Assembly: GCA_038882975.1 (NCBI GenBank)
Contig: JAVZNE010000001.1
Span: 184,620 to 248,619, forward strand
DNA from: Candidatus Bathyarchaeia archaeon
Lineage (GTDB): Archaea; Thermoproteota; Bathyarchaeia; Bathyarchaeales; Bathycorpusculaceae
DNA length: 64,000 nucleotides
Reading direction: 5' to 3'
The translations under genes were made by a program, and so were the position numbers. How positions within the stretch are numbered: position 1 is the first letter of the stretch; each line of letters starts with the position of its first letter. The notes beneath the pieces were generated by a model. That model was given only the letters and a program-made list of their open reading frames with translations, searched no databases and had not been told where the DNA came from. Below, in pieces: positions 25,634-36,197 of this stretch.

Positions 25634-28398
25634 ATTCTCACTATCCTCTCAACTTTTGAAATGTATCTTTTCGTAAGTAAGAGTGTGGGTATTATTGTTG
25701 AGGCGAATATTAGGGTTAGGCATGAAGCCAGAAGTGTTATGGCGTCTAGCGGGAAAACCATTCTGTATCTCACAAGCGTGTAGGCCAGCGCGGAGTTAGA
25801 AGCTGCAACATTGCCATTCACAACAATCAGACCCACCACCGCGCCTAAGACAACCGCGAAGGTGACGACGGCCATATTCTCTGTGAGCAGCATAATCAAA
25901 AGTTGTTTAAAGGACAAACCACGCGACCACATTATAGAAGCCTCTTTCTTCCGTTCTTGAAGGCTTACCAACGTTGCTAAACCCACAGCCACAGAAGCCG
26001 CCAATATTGCAAAGACAACGCCTACGCTTTGAATGTTCAGCGGCCCAACCAGTAATAGATTGCTTTGAAGTTCTTCCAGTTCTTCAGCAACTGAACGCAC
26101 AGAATTAACACCGTTAATTTTTCGAATTTCAGAAGCCACCGCCGCCCCATCGGCATTCGCCTTCAACTTCACCAGAATAGTAGCAGGTGATTGCCAACCC
26201 AAATTCAGCGATTTAAAAAGCCCCATCGGAATGTACGATTGGAAATGCCACTGATATTCTTGAGGGATTTCGTGCCCAAAAAATCCGATAACCTCCAATT
26301 CCAATCTTGAATTCCCAATAGTAACCATCACAGTGTCTCCAACCTTCTTATTTAGGCTTGCCGCAGCATTCCGCTCAAGAATAATCGTTTGATTTTTCAT
26401 TTTCATAGACTGGAAGGCTTTTTCTGCATTGTTGCCGCTGAACCAGTCTTCTTCATAATAGGCTGTTGAAGGCCAAGTTTCTGGGTCAACAGCGATAATT
26501 TGCCTCGAATTGCCATCTGAAAATACTCCAGCGATGGAATATTGAATGGTTAGAGACGCTATCTCGTTCATATTTTTTATGGTCTTTTGAACCTCCGTTA
26601 TGTTGGCTGTTGGGCCCAATGAGACGCTTATGTCTGCGCCCACCTCGGCTTTGATTCTGCGGATTGTGTAGTCTTGGCTGCTGGCAACTCCCCCTATAGT
26701 TTGGAAGCTGTAGCCCACAATCAATGCCACTAGGAAGGCTACTGAAGCGGCTCTAGCAGGGTTTCTCTGAACGCTTTTTGTGGCGAAAGTTCCCAAATCG
26801 CCCAGAAACTTCGCTGCTCGAGCCACCAGCTCTTGAAACTTTAGAGAGCCCCGAATGAAAATCTTTGTGAAACCCCAGAAAAAGAGTAGCGGTCCAATGT
26901 ATGTAAGGGCGGAATCTATGGCAATCCATATGGCCAAAAGTATTAAGAGGAATATGTTAGTGAAAGGTGGAGGTCGTCCCGTGAAAACTTGGACCAAGTT
27001 TATGCCGAAAAGGAACATGACAATCTTGTAGAGCCCAAGGGCGAAGGCTACCCATGGCCAACGCTGCTTGTATGGCTTAACCTCCTCTATGTAAGTGTAT
27101 TCCCTAAGGGCCTCTACTGTTGGAAGTTTTGCGGCCCTCCGCGAGGGGCTGAAGGTGGAGAAAAGGGTTATGGCTAAGCCAAAAATTACGGTTAAAATTA
27201 TGATTTCCGTACTTAAAACTGGTGATGCCATTTCCAGTCCCCCACTTGCCGCAGCGAAGAGGGGAGCAACTGCAAAACCCAGTCCCACCCCTGCCAGCCC
27301 GCCTAGTATTCCGATTATTATCGACTCCGTTAGGAATAGCCTAAACAATTGAGCGTTCGAGAAACCTTTCGTTAAAAGCAAGCCAATTTCCCGTCTTCGC
27401 AGGTTGTAGGAGACATCTGAAACAGTTGATCCAACATACCAAGCCACAAAAAAGACCGGAAGCGCCACAATGATAAAAGCGAACCGCATGGTTATGCTTG
27501 TCGTATAGAAGGTCATAAGGGCCATTCCAAGGTTGTCGGTAACATACATGCCGCTGTATTTGGCAACTTTTTCACCAATTTGAAACTTAACCTTTTCAAA
27601 AGCCTCCATCGAACTGGGAATGTCCCAAGGGTTGATAAACCGCTCTCTGTCTACATAGACTAGAATCTGTGTTGAAAATGGAAGACTGTAGTATGGTATA
27701 TCTTTTGGAACATCGTCCAGAAGCCTTGCGAAGGTTTCCTCCCAGCTTATAATGAGGAGCAAATCACCATGAAAAATGCCGGTTCTGTAATCATCCCGCA
27801 GTATCATTATAGGTGGACTCCATTCACCAGTGGCGATTGAATAAGCCTTGCCATCAAGCTCTACAAAGCCCATAACCATCAGGGACAAAACAGCAAAAGT
27901 CTCTTCCCGCTGGCTTCGATATGAATAATATGTGAGATTTAAGGTGATTATGTCGCCCAACTTCATTTTATTAGCTGCTTTTGAACCAACCCAAACATAA
28001 GTTTCATTCACCCCAAGTGCGCCTTCTCCGTTTACTATGCTAAGCCCCTCATAAACTATTGAGGTGGATGATATGGCAGCAACCATTACCACAGTGTAAT
28101 TTTCGTCAAATTTTATAGTTGAAGTGAGTCTTGAGATAACCTCAGCACCCCTTACCCCTTCAACTTGCCTAATGTCGTTAGCCGCTTTTTTCCAATCGCT
28201 GGAGCTGATGGTTGAGCTGCTGCCAACACTTATATCAACGGGGATTCGTTCTAGCTGCTGCAAGAGGGCAGCCCTTGCTGTTGTATCGGCGCCGATATTT
28301 ATGCCAGCGAAAAAGGACGAGGCAAGAATGACTCCTAACAGCAGTGCCGCGAAAAGCCCGAAAGAACGGAAAATTCGCTTTACAGCGTACGAAATCAT
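25630..28398 (-). CDS. ABC transporter permease, duplicated FtsX/MacB-type (922 aa)
   Basis: Two FtsX-like 4-TM modules separated by large extracytoplasmic domains. Translationally coupled to the ATPase. Confidence 0.8.
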   Translation of the reverse strand: MISYAVKRIFRSFGLFAALLLGVILASSFFAGINIGADTTARAALLQQLERIPVDISVGSSSTISSSDWKKAANDIRQVEGVRGAEVISRLTSTIKFDENYTVVMVAAISSTSIVYEGLSIVNGEGALGVNETYVWVGSKAANKMKLGDIITLNLTYYSYRSQREETFAVLSLMVMGFVELDGKAYSIATGEWSPPIMILRDDYRTGIFHGDLLLIISWEETFARLLDDVPKDIPYYSLPFSTQILVYVDRERFINPWDIPSSMEAFEKVKFQIGEKVAKYSGMYVTDNLGMALMTFYTTSITMRFAFIIVALPVFFVAWYVGSTVSDVSYNLRRREIGLLLTKGFSNAQLFRLFLTESIIIGILGGLAGVGLGFAVAPLFAAASGGLEMASPVLSTEIIILTVIFGLAITLFSTFSPSRRAAKLPTVEALREYTYIEEVKPYKQRWPWVAFALGLYKIVMFLFGINLVQVFTGRPPPFTNIFLLILLAIWIAIDSALTYIGPLLFFWGFTKIFIRGSLKFQELVARAAKFLGDLGTFATKSVQRNPARAASVAFLVALIVGYSFQTIGGVASSQDYTIRRIKAEVGADISVSLGPTANITEVQKTIKNMNEIASLTIQYSIAGVFSDGNSRQIIAVDPETWPSTAYYEEDWFSGNNAEKAFQSMKMKNQTIILERNAAASLNKKVGDTVMVTIGNSRLELEVIGFFGHEIPQEYQWHFQSYIPMGLFKSLNLGWQSPATILVKLKANADGAAVASEIRKINGVNSVRSVAEELEELQSNLLLVGPLNIQSVGVVFAILAASVAVGLATLVSLQERKKEASIMWSRGLSFKQLLIMLLTENMAVVTFAVVLGAVVGLIVVNGNVAASNSALAYTLVRYRMVFPLDAITLLASCLTLIFASTIIPTLLLTKRYISKVERIVRI

Positions 28399-28507
28399 CC
28401 AACAGCCTCGAGTTTTCGTGGTAAAAATATCTCAACCTTGTTTATTTAAGACTATACATTAGAACATGCTTTATATCCCCATTCGCTCCCTTTTCTATTG
28501 AAAAGCC

Positions 28508-30601
28508 ATGCCGATAACTAAAATTAGGAAAAGAGACGGCCGGATAGTTGACTTTAGCCCTGAGAGAATTAAAAATGCCATACACAAGGCTTTTGTAGCC
28601 GTTAAACTTGAAGACGGGGAAAAAGCTGAAAGATTAACAAGAGATGTTGTTAGCCTTTTAGAAGAAAGATTTGTAGAAAGAATCCCTTCGGTTGAGGATG
28701 TCCAAGACGTTGTAATAGAGGTTTTAAAGAAGAGCGGTTTTGAAGAGGTTGCCTCGGAATACCAAGCCTACAGGCGAAAGAAGGAGGAGATAAGACGGCT
28801 TAGAGAAAGGCTTGGAATAGAGGAGCCTAAGCTGACAGTTAATGCCCTTGAAGTTTTGAGGAAGCGTTACCTCCGAAGGGATGAAGCGGGCAACATAATT
28901 GAAGACCCGGCTCAAATGTTTAGGAGGGTTGCAAAAGCCATAGCTAGAATTGACCGAAAATACGGCGAAGACCCAAGGGAAAGCGAGGAAACCTTCTACA
29001 GGATGATGGCTAGGCTTGAGTTTCTCCCGAATTCGCCTACGCTCTTTAATGCTGGAACAAAACTCGGTCAGCTCTCTGCATGTTTTGTCTTGCCAGTTGA
29101 AGATTCCTTGGACAGCATTTTCGAAGCAGTTAAGAATATGGCTTTAATCGAGAAAAGCGGCGGCGGCGTTGGCTTCGACTTTTCAAGGCTTAGGCCTAAA
29201 GGCGACATAGTCATGTCCACCAAGGGCGTGGCCTCCGGCCCGGTCAGCTTCATGCGAGTTTTCGACATTGCCACCGATGTCATTAAGGCGGGTGGCAAAA
29301 GACGTGGTGCTATGATGGGAATTTTGCGTGTGGATCATCCAGACATTCTCGAGTTTATAACTGCAAAGCAGCAGCCGGGTTTCCTTTCAAACTTTAACAT
29401 ATCGGTTGCCATAACTGACGATTTTATGAAAACCCTTGAGGAGGATGGCGAATACTGGCTAATAAACCCAAGAAATAAGGAAAGAACGGGAAAGCTCAAG
29501 GCAAGGGAGGTTTGGGACCTAATAGCGAGGTCTGCCTGGGCAAGCGGTGATCCTGGCATCGTATTCATAGACGAGATTAATAGGCATAACCCCACACCAG
29601 AAGTAGGAAGGATAGAGTCAACTAACCCATGTGGAGAACAGCCACTCCTGCCCTACGAGTCATGCAATTTGGGGTCAATTAATCTTTCACGCATGGTTGA
29701 GGATGGAAAAATTAATTGGGAGAAGCTTAGGGAAACTGTTGGGAATGCTGTCCATTTTTTGGACAATGTTATAGATGCAAACAGGTATCCGATAAGGGAA
29801 ATAGAGAAAATTACAAAGGCTAATAGGAAGATAGGCTTGGGCGTGATGGGTTTTGCAGACATGCTAATTAAGCTTGGCATACCCTACAATTCTGAACAAG
29901 CCTTGGAGCTTGCGGAAAAACTGATGAAGTTCATCGACGAGGAAGCCCATAAAAAGTCTGAGGAAATTGCCGAGAAAAGGGGCTCATTTCCAAATTTCGA
30001 CAAGAGCATTTGGAAGGACAAGTATAGGGCTATGAGAAACACCACAGTCACAACAATAGCCCCAACTGGAAGCATAAGCATAATTGCGGGGTGCTCATCC
30101 GGAATTGAGCCGCTTTTCGCCGTATCCTTCATAAGAAACGTCTTGGATGGGACGAGGCTTTTTGAAACGAACCCGTTGTTTGAAATTGTAGCGAAGGAAA
30201 GAGGCTTTTATGATGCGCATCTCCTTGAGGAGATAGCAAAAACCGGTTCTGTTCAAAAGATAGACAAGGTTCCAGAAGATGTCAAAAAGGTTTTTGTAAC
30301 AGCCTTAGACATAGAGCCTGAGTGGCATGTGAGGATGCAAGCGGCTTTCCAGAAGTACACAGATAACGCTGTTTCAAAAACCGTTAACATGCCCTTTGAG
30401 GCAACCGTCGAGGACGTCAGAAAAGTGTTTGAGCTTGCTTGGAAACTGAAATGTAAGGGTGTAACTGTTTTCCGTTACGGAAGCAGGCCGGAGCAAGTCC
30501 TATACATTGGGGAAGTTAAAACCGCTGAAAAGAGATTTATTTCGGCGGATTCAGAGTATGCTGGAGGTTGCCCAACAAAAACCTGTCCATTCCCCGGATA
30601 A
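28508..30601 (+). CDS. nrdJ: adenosylcobalamin-dependent (class II) ribonucleotide reductase with N-terminal ATP-cone
   Basis: ATP-cone start [23 protein letters not shown]. Active-site block [24 protein letters not shown]-terminal Cys pair. 697 aa with no intein-sized insertion. Confidence 0.9.
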   Translation: MPITKIRKRDGRIVDFSPERIKNAIHKAFVAVKLEDGEKAERLTRDVVSLLEERFVERIPSVEDVQDVVIEVLKKSGFEEVASEYQAYRRKKEEIRRLRERLGIEEPKLTVNALEVLRKRYLRRDEAGNIIEDPAQMFRRVAKAIARIDRKYGEDPRESEETFYRMMARLEFLPNSPTLFNAGTKLGQLSACFVLPVEDSLDSIFEAVKNMALIEKSGGGVGFDFSRLRPKGDIVMSTKGVASGPVSFMRVFDIATDVIKAGGKRRGAMMGILRVDHPDILEFITAKQQPGFLSNFNISVAITDDFMKTLEEDGEYWLINPRNKERTGKLKAREVWDLIARSAWASGDPGIVFIDEINRHNPTPEVGRIESTNPCGEQPLLPYESCNLGSINLSRMVEDGKINWEKLRETVGNAVHFLDNVIDANRYPIREIEKITKANRKIGLGVMGFADMLIKLGIPYNSEQALELAEKLMKFIDEEAHKKSEEIAEKRGSFPNFDKSIWKDKYRAMRNTTVTTIAPTGSISIIAGCSSGIEPLFAVSFIRNVLDGTRLFETNPLFEIVAKERGFYDAHLLEEIAKTGSVQKIDKVPEDVKKVFVTALDIEPEWHVRMQAAFQKYTDNAVSKTVNMPFEATVEDVRKVFELAWKLKCKGVTVFRYGSRPEQVLYIGEVKTAEKRFISADSEYAGGCPTKTCPFPG

Positions 30602-30628
30602 GAAATACGGTTTCAAGGGTGATGCCTC

Positions 30629-32029
30629 GTGAAAACTTCGTTAGGCTTTGTTAACGAAGAGAACATGAGCATGTTAACAGACCTTTATGAGCTTACAATG
30701 TGTGCAAGCTACTTTGACAATAAGAGACTTGAACCAGCCACCTTCGACCTCTTCATAAGACGTTTGCCCCCGAACCGCTCATACTTTCTATTTGCCGGCT
30801 TAGAACAAGTCCTACTGTTTCTGGAAAGGATGCGGTTCACAGAAGAGCACATAAAATTCTTGAGAAGCCAAGGGTTCAAAGAGGATTTCCTCGACTATTT
30901 AAGGAATTTCAGGTTTAGTGGCGATGTTTGGGCTGTTCCAGAGGGCACCGTAGTTTTCCCCAACGAGCCGCTGATTAGGGTTACAGCCCCAATAATAGAG
31001 GCGCAGCTGATAGAAACCTTCATTTTAAACACTATTAATCTCCAAACCACAATAGCCACTAAAGCCTCTAGAGTTATTTATGCCGCTCAAGGTAGGTCTG
31101 TAATCGAGTTTGGCTTGAGAAGGGAACATGGAACAGATGCCGGAATGAAAGTTGCCCGCGCAAGCTACATTGCTGGTTGTAATGGCACATCAAATGTTCT
31201 GGCCGGAATGTTGTATGGCATACCTGTTTTCGGGACTATGGCGCACTCCTTTGTCATGTTCTTCGACAACGAAATAGAGTCTTTTAGGGCTTTTGCAAAA
31301 ACCTTCCCTGACAAGTCAACTTTGCTGATAGATACTTTTGATAACATTAAGGGCGCGGAAAACGCCATAACCGTCGCTAAAGAACTGGAAAAAATGGGGT
31401 TTAGGCTTCGCGGAGTGCGCATTGACAGCGGAGACCTTGTGGAGATAAGCCGAAAGGTTAGGAAAATGCTTGACGATAATGGGCTTGGTTATGTGCAGAT
31501 ATTTGCAAGCGGAGACCTCGACGAATATAGAATAGAGGAGTTGCTAAGCAAAGGCGCAAAAATAGACGCCTTCGGCGTTGGCACACGCATGGGAACATCC
31601 GCAGACAGACCCTATGTTGACATAATCTACAAACTATGCGAAAAGATGAACGAGAAGGGCGAATTCCAGCCAATAATGAAGCTAAGCGAGAGAAAAGCCA
31701 CCCTTCCAGGGAGAAAGCAGGTTTTCAGGTTTAAAGATGAGGGAGGAAAATTTGTTAAGGATGTAATCGCCCTAGAGGGCGAAGATGTTGGCGGTGAACC
31801 GCTTCTTGTCAAGGTTATAGAGAAAGGCAGAATAGTCTATGATTTGCCATCTCTTGAAGAGATAAGGAAAAGAGCAATAAATAACCTTTCAATGCTTCCA
31901 GAAAAATACAAGAGGCTTAGGGGCGCAGCCAAATACCCGGTTGAGTTGAGCCCCAAGCTTAAGAGGCTAATAAAGGATTTAAAGGAAAAACTGAAAAAGG
32001 TTGAAGGCGTCTATCCTAGCCAAAATTAG
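30629..32029 (+). CDS. pncB: nicotinate phosphoribosyltransferase
   Basis: MLTDLYELTMCASYF, FGLRR, GTSN and MAHSF blocks. GTG start in the track; ATG 30665 is an alternative. Confidence 0.85.
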   Translation: MKTSLGFVNEENMSMLTDLYELTMCASYFDNKRLEPATFDLFIRRLPPNRSYFLFAGLEQVLLFLERMRFTEEHIKFLRSQGFKEDFLDYLRNFRFSGDVWAVPEGTVVFPNEPLIRVTAPIIEAQLIETFILNTINLQTTIATKASRVIYAAQGRSVIEFGLRREHGTDAGMKVARASYIAGCNGTSNVLAGMLYGIPVFGTMAHSFVMFFDNEIESFRAFAKTFPDKSTLLIDTFDNIKGAENAITVAKELEKMGFRLRGVRIDSGDLVEISRKVRKMLDDNGLGYVQIFASGDLDEYRIEELLSKGAKIDAFGVGTRMGTSADRPYVDIIYKLCEKMNEKGEFQPIMKLSERKATLPGRKQVFRFKDEGGKFVKDVIALEGEDVGGEPLLVKVIEKGRIVYDLPSLEEIRKRAINNLSMLPEKYKRLRGAAKYPVELSPKLKRLIKDLKEKLKKVEGVYPSQN

Positions 32030-32049
32030 GGTACATTTCCTTTCAAAAT

Positions 32050-32595
32050 TTAGCTCGAAAACATCAGTAGGAGGTTTATGAAGGCTACTTCTAATATGGC
32101 CGCTATGAAGAATATGCCATAAACGTAGACTAGGTCTCTTGTTCTAAGGTTTCTGCTTAATGTTTTCTTCAGCGTCAGGAAAATGCCGCAACCTTCGACG
32201 ATTCCTACAGGCATGCTCATGACCAGTATCGCGGGTAACACGTCCAAGCTGACTTTTCCATATATTAGGGTGCAGCCCCTCAAAATGCTCAAGAAAACAA
32301 TTATTATTGTGAAGGCTATGGCGAAGGTTTGCGGGTGCTCCAAAACAATATGCGAATATTTTTCCCTTTTAAAGAACCCCGAGAGAACGAGGCTTACATA
32401 GAAGGACATGCCTAGTAGAATCATAGAGATGACAAGCACGTTATGTAGAAATATCATTCCAACGGCTAAGAGCTGGTTTTGGAGAATGTTTTTTGCCAGA
32501 ATTGTGAAGAAGACGGTGTTTTCGAAAGAGGATAATAGTAGCGAGGAAAGAAAGGCTAAGCCTAACGTGATAGTGCGCTTTTTTGTCTCCGACAA
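32050..32595 (-). CDS. integral membrane protein (possibly SpoIIM/DUF95-like)
   Basis: 181 aa with 5-6 hydrophobic segments. The family assignment is weak. Confidence 0.4.
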   Translation of the reverse strand: MSETKKRTITLGLAFLSSLLLSSFENTVFFTILAKNILQNQLLAVGMIFLHNVLVISMILLGMSFYVSLVLSGFFKREKYSHIVLEHPQTFAIAFTIIIVFLSILRGCTLIYGKVSLDVLPAILVMSMPVGIVEGCGIFLTLKKTLSRNLRTRDLVYVYGIFFIAAILEVAFINLLLMFSS

Positions 32596-32616
32596 TTAAT
32601 AAACCCTCGCCTTTTG

Positions 32617-33090
32617 CTAAGGCATCATGGACATAAGCCATCCAATGACCTTTTCCAATAAGCCAGCAAGCAAGCCTAGCAAACCAAATATCAAAGCTAG
32701 GAGCAGCAGGATTGCTAAGTAAATTATTACTACAAGTATGCCCACTGCCAATGCGCCAAGCCAACCGGTTTCGTAAAAACGCTTGATTAACAGGAGCCAG
32801 ACAAAAATGCTTATGAGAAGTGCTATCCAGCCGGGCAGCAAAACAGCAAATACCGTAGACAAAACAGTTCCTAACAGCGAGATTATGAAGGCATCTGAAA
32901 ATAAGGCACGCCTCTTGCCAACCACGATTAGCCCTGCAATATAGAGAACGATTGTTAATACAAGGAGTTCAACAAAGAACCAGATGAGCGCAAAAAGAAT
33001 GTTTAGGCCTTTCAGCAATTCAGAGCCACGCCCCTCAGCGCTTTTGAAGAGCAGAAGCAAGGCAGTTTTAACTAATAAATGCCATGTCAT
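32617..33090 (-). CDS. integral membrane protein, unknown function
   Basis: 157 aa with 4-5 hydrophobic segments. Confidence 0.4.
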   Translation of the reverse strand: MTWHLLVKTALLLLFKSAEGRGSELLKGLNILFALIWFFVELLVLTIVLYIAGLIVVGKRRALFSDAFIISLLGTVLSTVFAVLLPGWIALLISIFVWLLLIKRFYETGWLGALAVGILVVIIYLAILLLLALIFGLLGLLAGLLEKVIGWLMSMMP

Positions 33091-33184
33091 TTTAAACCAC
33101 CAGATGTTAGCATGGTTTAATGCAGAGAAATAAAAAGTTTGAGGATTGCCAATCTTGAAAAGTAATCTTTCTCTATGACTTAGG

Positions 33185-33466
33185 CTATTTTGTGATTTCT
33201 TCTACTTCTTTTCTGCCCTTTTCCAGCTCTTTGACTTGTTCTCCGTCTTCCTTTAGTAATAGTGTTTGGAACTCGCCCACGTGGGTTTTCTCTTCCCTCG
33301 CTATTTCTAGAAGCACTTTTCTAATGGTCTCGTTTGTTGTTGCGGCTGCTAGTTGCTCATAGAGGTTTACTGCGTCCAATTCGGCGATTATGGCAACGCG
33401 TAGTATCTCACAATCCAAAAGTTTCTCTGAAACCTTTTCAACCTTAACCGGAATCTGGGACAGCAT
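33185..33466 (-). CDS. EncFtn-like (encapsulated-ferritin family) half-ferritin
   Basis: ATG 33466 with GGAGAG 9 nt upstream, preferred over the track start 33529. AIIAELDAVNLYEQ and IAREEKTHVGEF match the E-x-x-H/E-L-[DE]-A-V-x-x-Y-[DE]-Q pattern I recall for EncFtn. Confidence 0.5.
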   Translation of the reverse strand: MLSQIPVKVEKVSEKLLDCEILRVAIIAELDAVNLYEQLAAATTNETIRKVLLEIAREEKTHVGEFQTLLLKEDGEQVKELEKGRKEVEEITK

Positions 33467-33608
33467 ACAGTTTACTCTCCGCAGAGGTGTTTTGACATTA
33501 ACATTAAAAACTTTTTTGTGCAGATTCAAAAATCGATTTCGCTTTGTAGAATACGTTCCAATATATAATATCCATTAAATAAGAAGTTATGGTTGAAGGG
33601 AGACAAAG

Positions 33609-33848
33609 ATGGATAACTCAGTGAGAGGGTTCATAGGTGCTATAACTTTTGCACTCGGCGGTGCAATGTTACTCTTTAGCCTTTACCAGATTCTTTACAA
33701 CGTGGATAAGCCCTGGATTAACCAAGAATTATTTATGGTACTCTTTGTTCTTCCAATAGGTTTTGTGGCGTTTTTACTAATTGGTTTGGGCATACTATCA
33801 ATATTGAAAGCTACAAAAAGCCAAGATGTGTCAAAAGTTCAACGGTAG
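33609..33848 (+). CDS. small membrane protein (2 TM)
   Basis: 79-aa ORF with two clear hydrophobic helices. It is the only plus-strand ORF inside a minus-strand cluster. Confidence 0.35.
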   Translation: MDNSVRGFIGAITFALGGAMLLFSLYQILYNVDKPWINQELFMVLFVLPIGFVAFLLIGLGILSILKATKSQDVSKVQR

Positions 33849-33871
33849 TAAAGAAAGGTGGCAGATGTTCG

Positions 33872-34291
33872 TTACAGTTCTTCTGCTAGTGTTGTGAATA
33901 GGTCGTGGTGTTCCTCCTCGTCTTCTAGGATTTCTTCAAATAGGTGGGCTGTTGTTGTGTCGTTTTCTTTTCTTGCTTGGGCTATTATTTGCTTGTATAG
34001 GTTTATGGCGTTTTCCTCGTCTTTTATGTCTCGTTGTATCATTTCCTTAAGTGTTTTTCCAACAAATATCTCAGTTGGCTTTGTTGTGGGCGTCCCGCCT
34101 AAATAGAATAGCCTTTCAGCGATGGCTTCTGCATGCTTCATTTCCGTTATAGCCACTTTTTTAAGCTCTTCTTGAACCGCGAAGCCTTTGACACCACTCC
34201 ATTGGACGTGTTGCCACATGTATTGTATGGAGACTTGCATCTCTCTTGCGATGGCGTCGTTCAGCATTTCCAACAATTTTTTAGAAGCCAA
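33872..34291 (-). CDS. bacterioferritin/ferritin-like di-iron protein
   Basis: Blocks AIAREMQVSIQYMW, EMKHAE, DEENAI and EDEEEHHD. The track starts at GTG 34300, but that GTG is part of a GGAGGTGA Shine-Dalgarno sequence. TTG 34291 follows at a 5-nt spacing. Confidence 0.75.
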   Translation of the reverse strand: MASKKLLEMLNDAIAREMQVSIQYMWQHVQWSGVKGFAVQEELKKVAITEMKHAEAIAERLFYLGGTPTTKPTEIFVGKTLKEMIQRDIKDEENAINLYKQIIAQARKENDTTTAHLFEEILEDEEEHHDLFTTLAEEL

Positions 34292-34396
34292 AATTTTCAC
34301 CTCCCTTTCAGTTTTGTACTGGTTTGTTTAAAAGTTTTGCCAAAAGATGCGAAACTCTGCAAGAAAAATGGGAAATTTATGGCTTTCAATGTTAGG

Positions 34397-34876
34397 CTAT
34401 CCGCCTGGTGCCCCATGGAATGGCACGTTTTTCCAGAGGATGTCCCACCAATCTTCTTCTGTTATTGTCTCGCCCTTCACGATGATTTCTAAAACTTCTT
34501 TTAGGAGTTCATGATGCCTTTTTTCGTCGGCTAGTATGGCTGTTAGGAGGAGCTTAACCTTCTCATTTTCAACTGTTGGCAGCATGTCGTTTATCTTCTT
34601 TATGAGTTCAGCTTCGATTTGGATATGCCTCTCCACAAGGCTTCTTTGTTTGTCCAGGTGTTCCTGCGCAAGTGCCTGCTGGGTTGTGGTTAGAAGCTTC
34701 AAAGCTGCGTCGTACATCTCAGCATGTTTTAGGGAATCCAGCGAAATTCCTCTCAAAACGCCTTTAACGGAGGGATTCCTGATGTTTTTAAGAGCTTCGT
34801 TAAGCGAATCGACAATTTCATTTTCAACTTCGATTTGTCGCTTTATGAAGGTTAAAAGCTCATTTTTTGAGGGCAT
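34397..34876 (-). CDS. ferritin-like-superfamily four-helix protein, unknown function
   Basis: Helical repeats with LDSLKHAEMY and LADEKRHHELL (E/D-x-x-H type ligand pairs). Confidence 0.45.
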   Translation of the reverse strand: MPSKNELLTFIKRQIEVENEIVDSLNEALKNIRNPSVKGVLRGISLDSLKHAEMYDAALKLLTTTQQALAQEHLDKQRSLVERHIQIEAELIKKINDMLPTVENEKVKLLLTAILADEKRHHELLKEVLEIIVKGETITEEDWWDILWKNVPFHGAPGG

Positions 34877-34926
34877 TTCAGTTTCCCACTTATATTTGAA
34901 CTGGATGGACTATTTTAATGTCTATG

Positions 34927-35367
34927 TTAAGCCTTGACAAGCCTCTGAGCAATTCTCCGCCCAAGTTCTCTGCACTTTTCCAAACCCGCTGCGTCCGGCG
35001 TGTACCTTATTAGCAATGGCGGTTCAGTCACGTCCATCTCAAACTTGTTCTTCAAAATTTCAATGACAAGCTTTGGGGCTTCACCGCTCCAGCCATAAGA
35101 CCCGAAGGCAGCACCAACCTTTCCCTTCAAGTTTATGCCTTTTACGGCGGCTTCCTCAAAGAGCATCTTGATGTCGAGGGTTGTGTCATGGTGATATGTA
35201 GGAGCGCCAACAATTATAGCATCATACTCTTTTAATTGTTCTGGCGTTGCATGATAGGTTAACTCAACATCTATGCCTTGCACTGTTTTTGCTCCCTCAG
35301 CCACAGCCTTAGCCATTTTCTCAGTGTTTCCAGTCCTACTATAATAGAGGATTAGGATTTTCGGCAT
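34927..35367 (-). CDS. flavodoxin-fold FMN protein
   Basis: MPKILILYYSRTGNTEKMA FMN-phosphate loop and GAPTYHHD / FGSYGWSGEA blocks. Confidence 0.8.
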   Translation of the reverse strand: MPKILILYYSRTGNTEKMAKAVAEGAKTVQGIDVELTYHATPEQLKEYDAIIVGAPTYHHDTTLDIKMLFEEAAVKGINLKGKVGAAFGSYGWSGEAPKLVIEILKNKFEMDVTEPPLLIRYTPDAAGLEKCRELGRRIAQRLVKA

Positions 35368-35385
35368 ATTACATCCACTACAAGC

Positions 35386-36000
35386 TTATTTTAGTGCCTC
35401 TTCCAGTCGCCTATTAACTTCGTCCCAGTTGACAATTTTCCAGAAAGCCTCAATGAATTTGCCTCTGTCGTTCTTGTAGTCTATGTAGTAGGCGTGCTCG
35501 AAAACGTCGAGAACCATGAGGATACGGAACATTGGATAAACGTTCACGTTATGCTTCTCCACTTGCATCAGCATTAGGCGACCAGTCTGCCTACAAAGGG
35601 TTAAGGCTGCCCATCCAGAGCCTTCAACGCTTATGGCTGTTTGGGAAAACTCCTTCTGGAAACGCTCAAAGCTTCCAAATTCTTCGGAGATTTTGTCGGC
35701 TAATTTTCCGCCGGGTTTTCCGCCGCCCTTGTCTGGCGGTGCCATGTTACCCCAAAAAAGCGAATGCAACAAGTGCCCGGCAACATTCCATGAAAGCTCT
35801 TTAAGTGTGGCTTTAACGTCTATGTCTATGTTCTCTTTTCGCGCCTTATCCAGCCGTTGGAGTATGGCGTTAGCCCCATTAACGTAGGCTTGGTGGTGCT
35901 TGCTGTGGTGGATTCTTAACTGTTCTTCGGACATGTAGGGCTGCAAATCTCCATAACCATAAGGCAGCTGGGGCAAAGCATACAGTTTAGCTTGCTCCAT
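35386..36000 (-). CDS. sod: Fe/Mn superoxide dismutase
   Basis: [32 protein letters not shown] and [15 protein letters not shown] lies 8 nt upstream of the ATG. Confidence 0.95.
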   Translation of the reverse strand: MEQAKLYALPQLPYGYGDLQPYMSEEQLRIHHSKHHQAYVNGANAILQRLDKARKENIDIDVKATLKELSWNVAGHLLHSLFWGNMAPPDKGGGKPGGKLADKISEEFGSFERFQKEFSQTAISVEGSGWAALTLCRQTGRLMLMQVEKHNVNVYPMFRILMVLDVFEHAYYIDYKNDRGKFIEAFWKIVNWDEVNRRLEEALK

Positions 36001-36019
36001 AACGCGTACACCTCCATTT

Positions 36020-36181
36020 CTAACTTTTCTTTACAAACTGGTCCTTTGGAGCGCCGCAAACTGGGCAAACCCAGTTTTCTGGTAAAGCCTCAAAGGGTGT
36101 TCCGGGTTTTATGCCGTGCTCTGGGTCTCCGACCTCGGGGTCATATACATACCCACAGATTATGCACTCCCACTTTTCCAA
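36020..36181 (-). CDS. rub: rubredoxin
   Basis: Not in the track (53 aa). Hand translation gives (M)[52 protein letters not shown]. Only TTG starts are available in frame (36181 preferred, with GGGAG 8 nt upstream; 36190 is the alternative). Confidence 0.85.
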   Translation of the reverse strand: MEKWECIICGYVYDPEVGDPEHGIKPGTPFEALPENWVCPVCGAPKDQFVKKS

Positions 36182-36197
36182 AGCCTTCAACTCCCAG

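Noticed and set aside
28508-30601. I looked for an intein or a B12 riboswitch associated with the class II ribonucleotide reductase.
   Set aside because: The protein is 697 aa with contiguous conserved blocks and no extein-intein junction motifs. The 109-nt leader shows no recognisable riboswitch structure.
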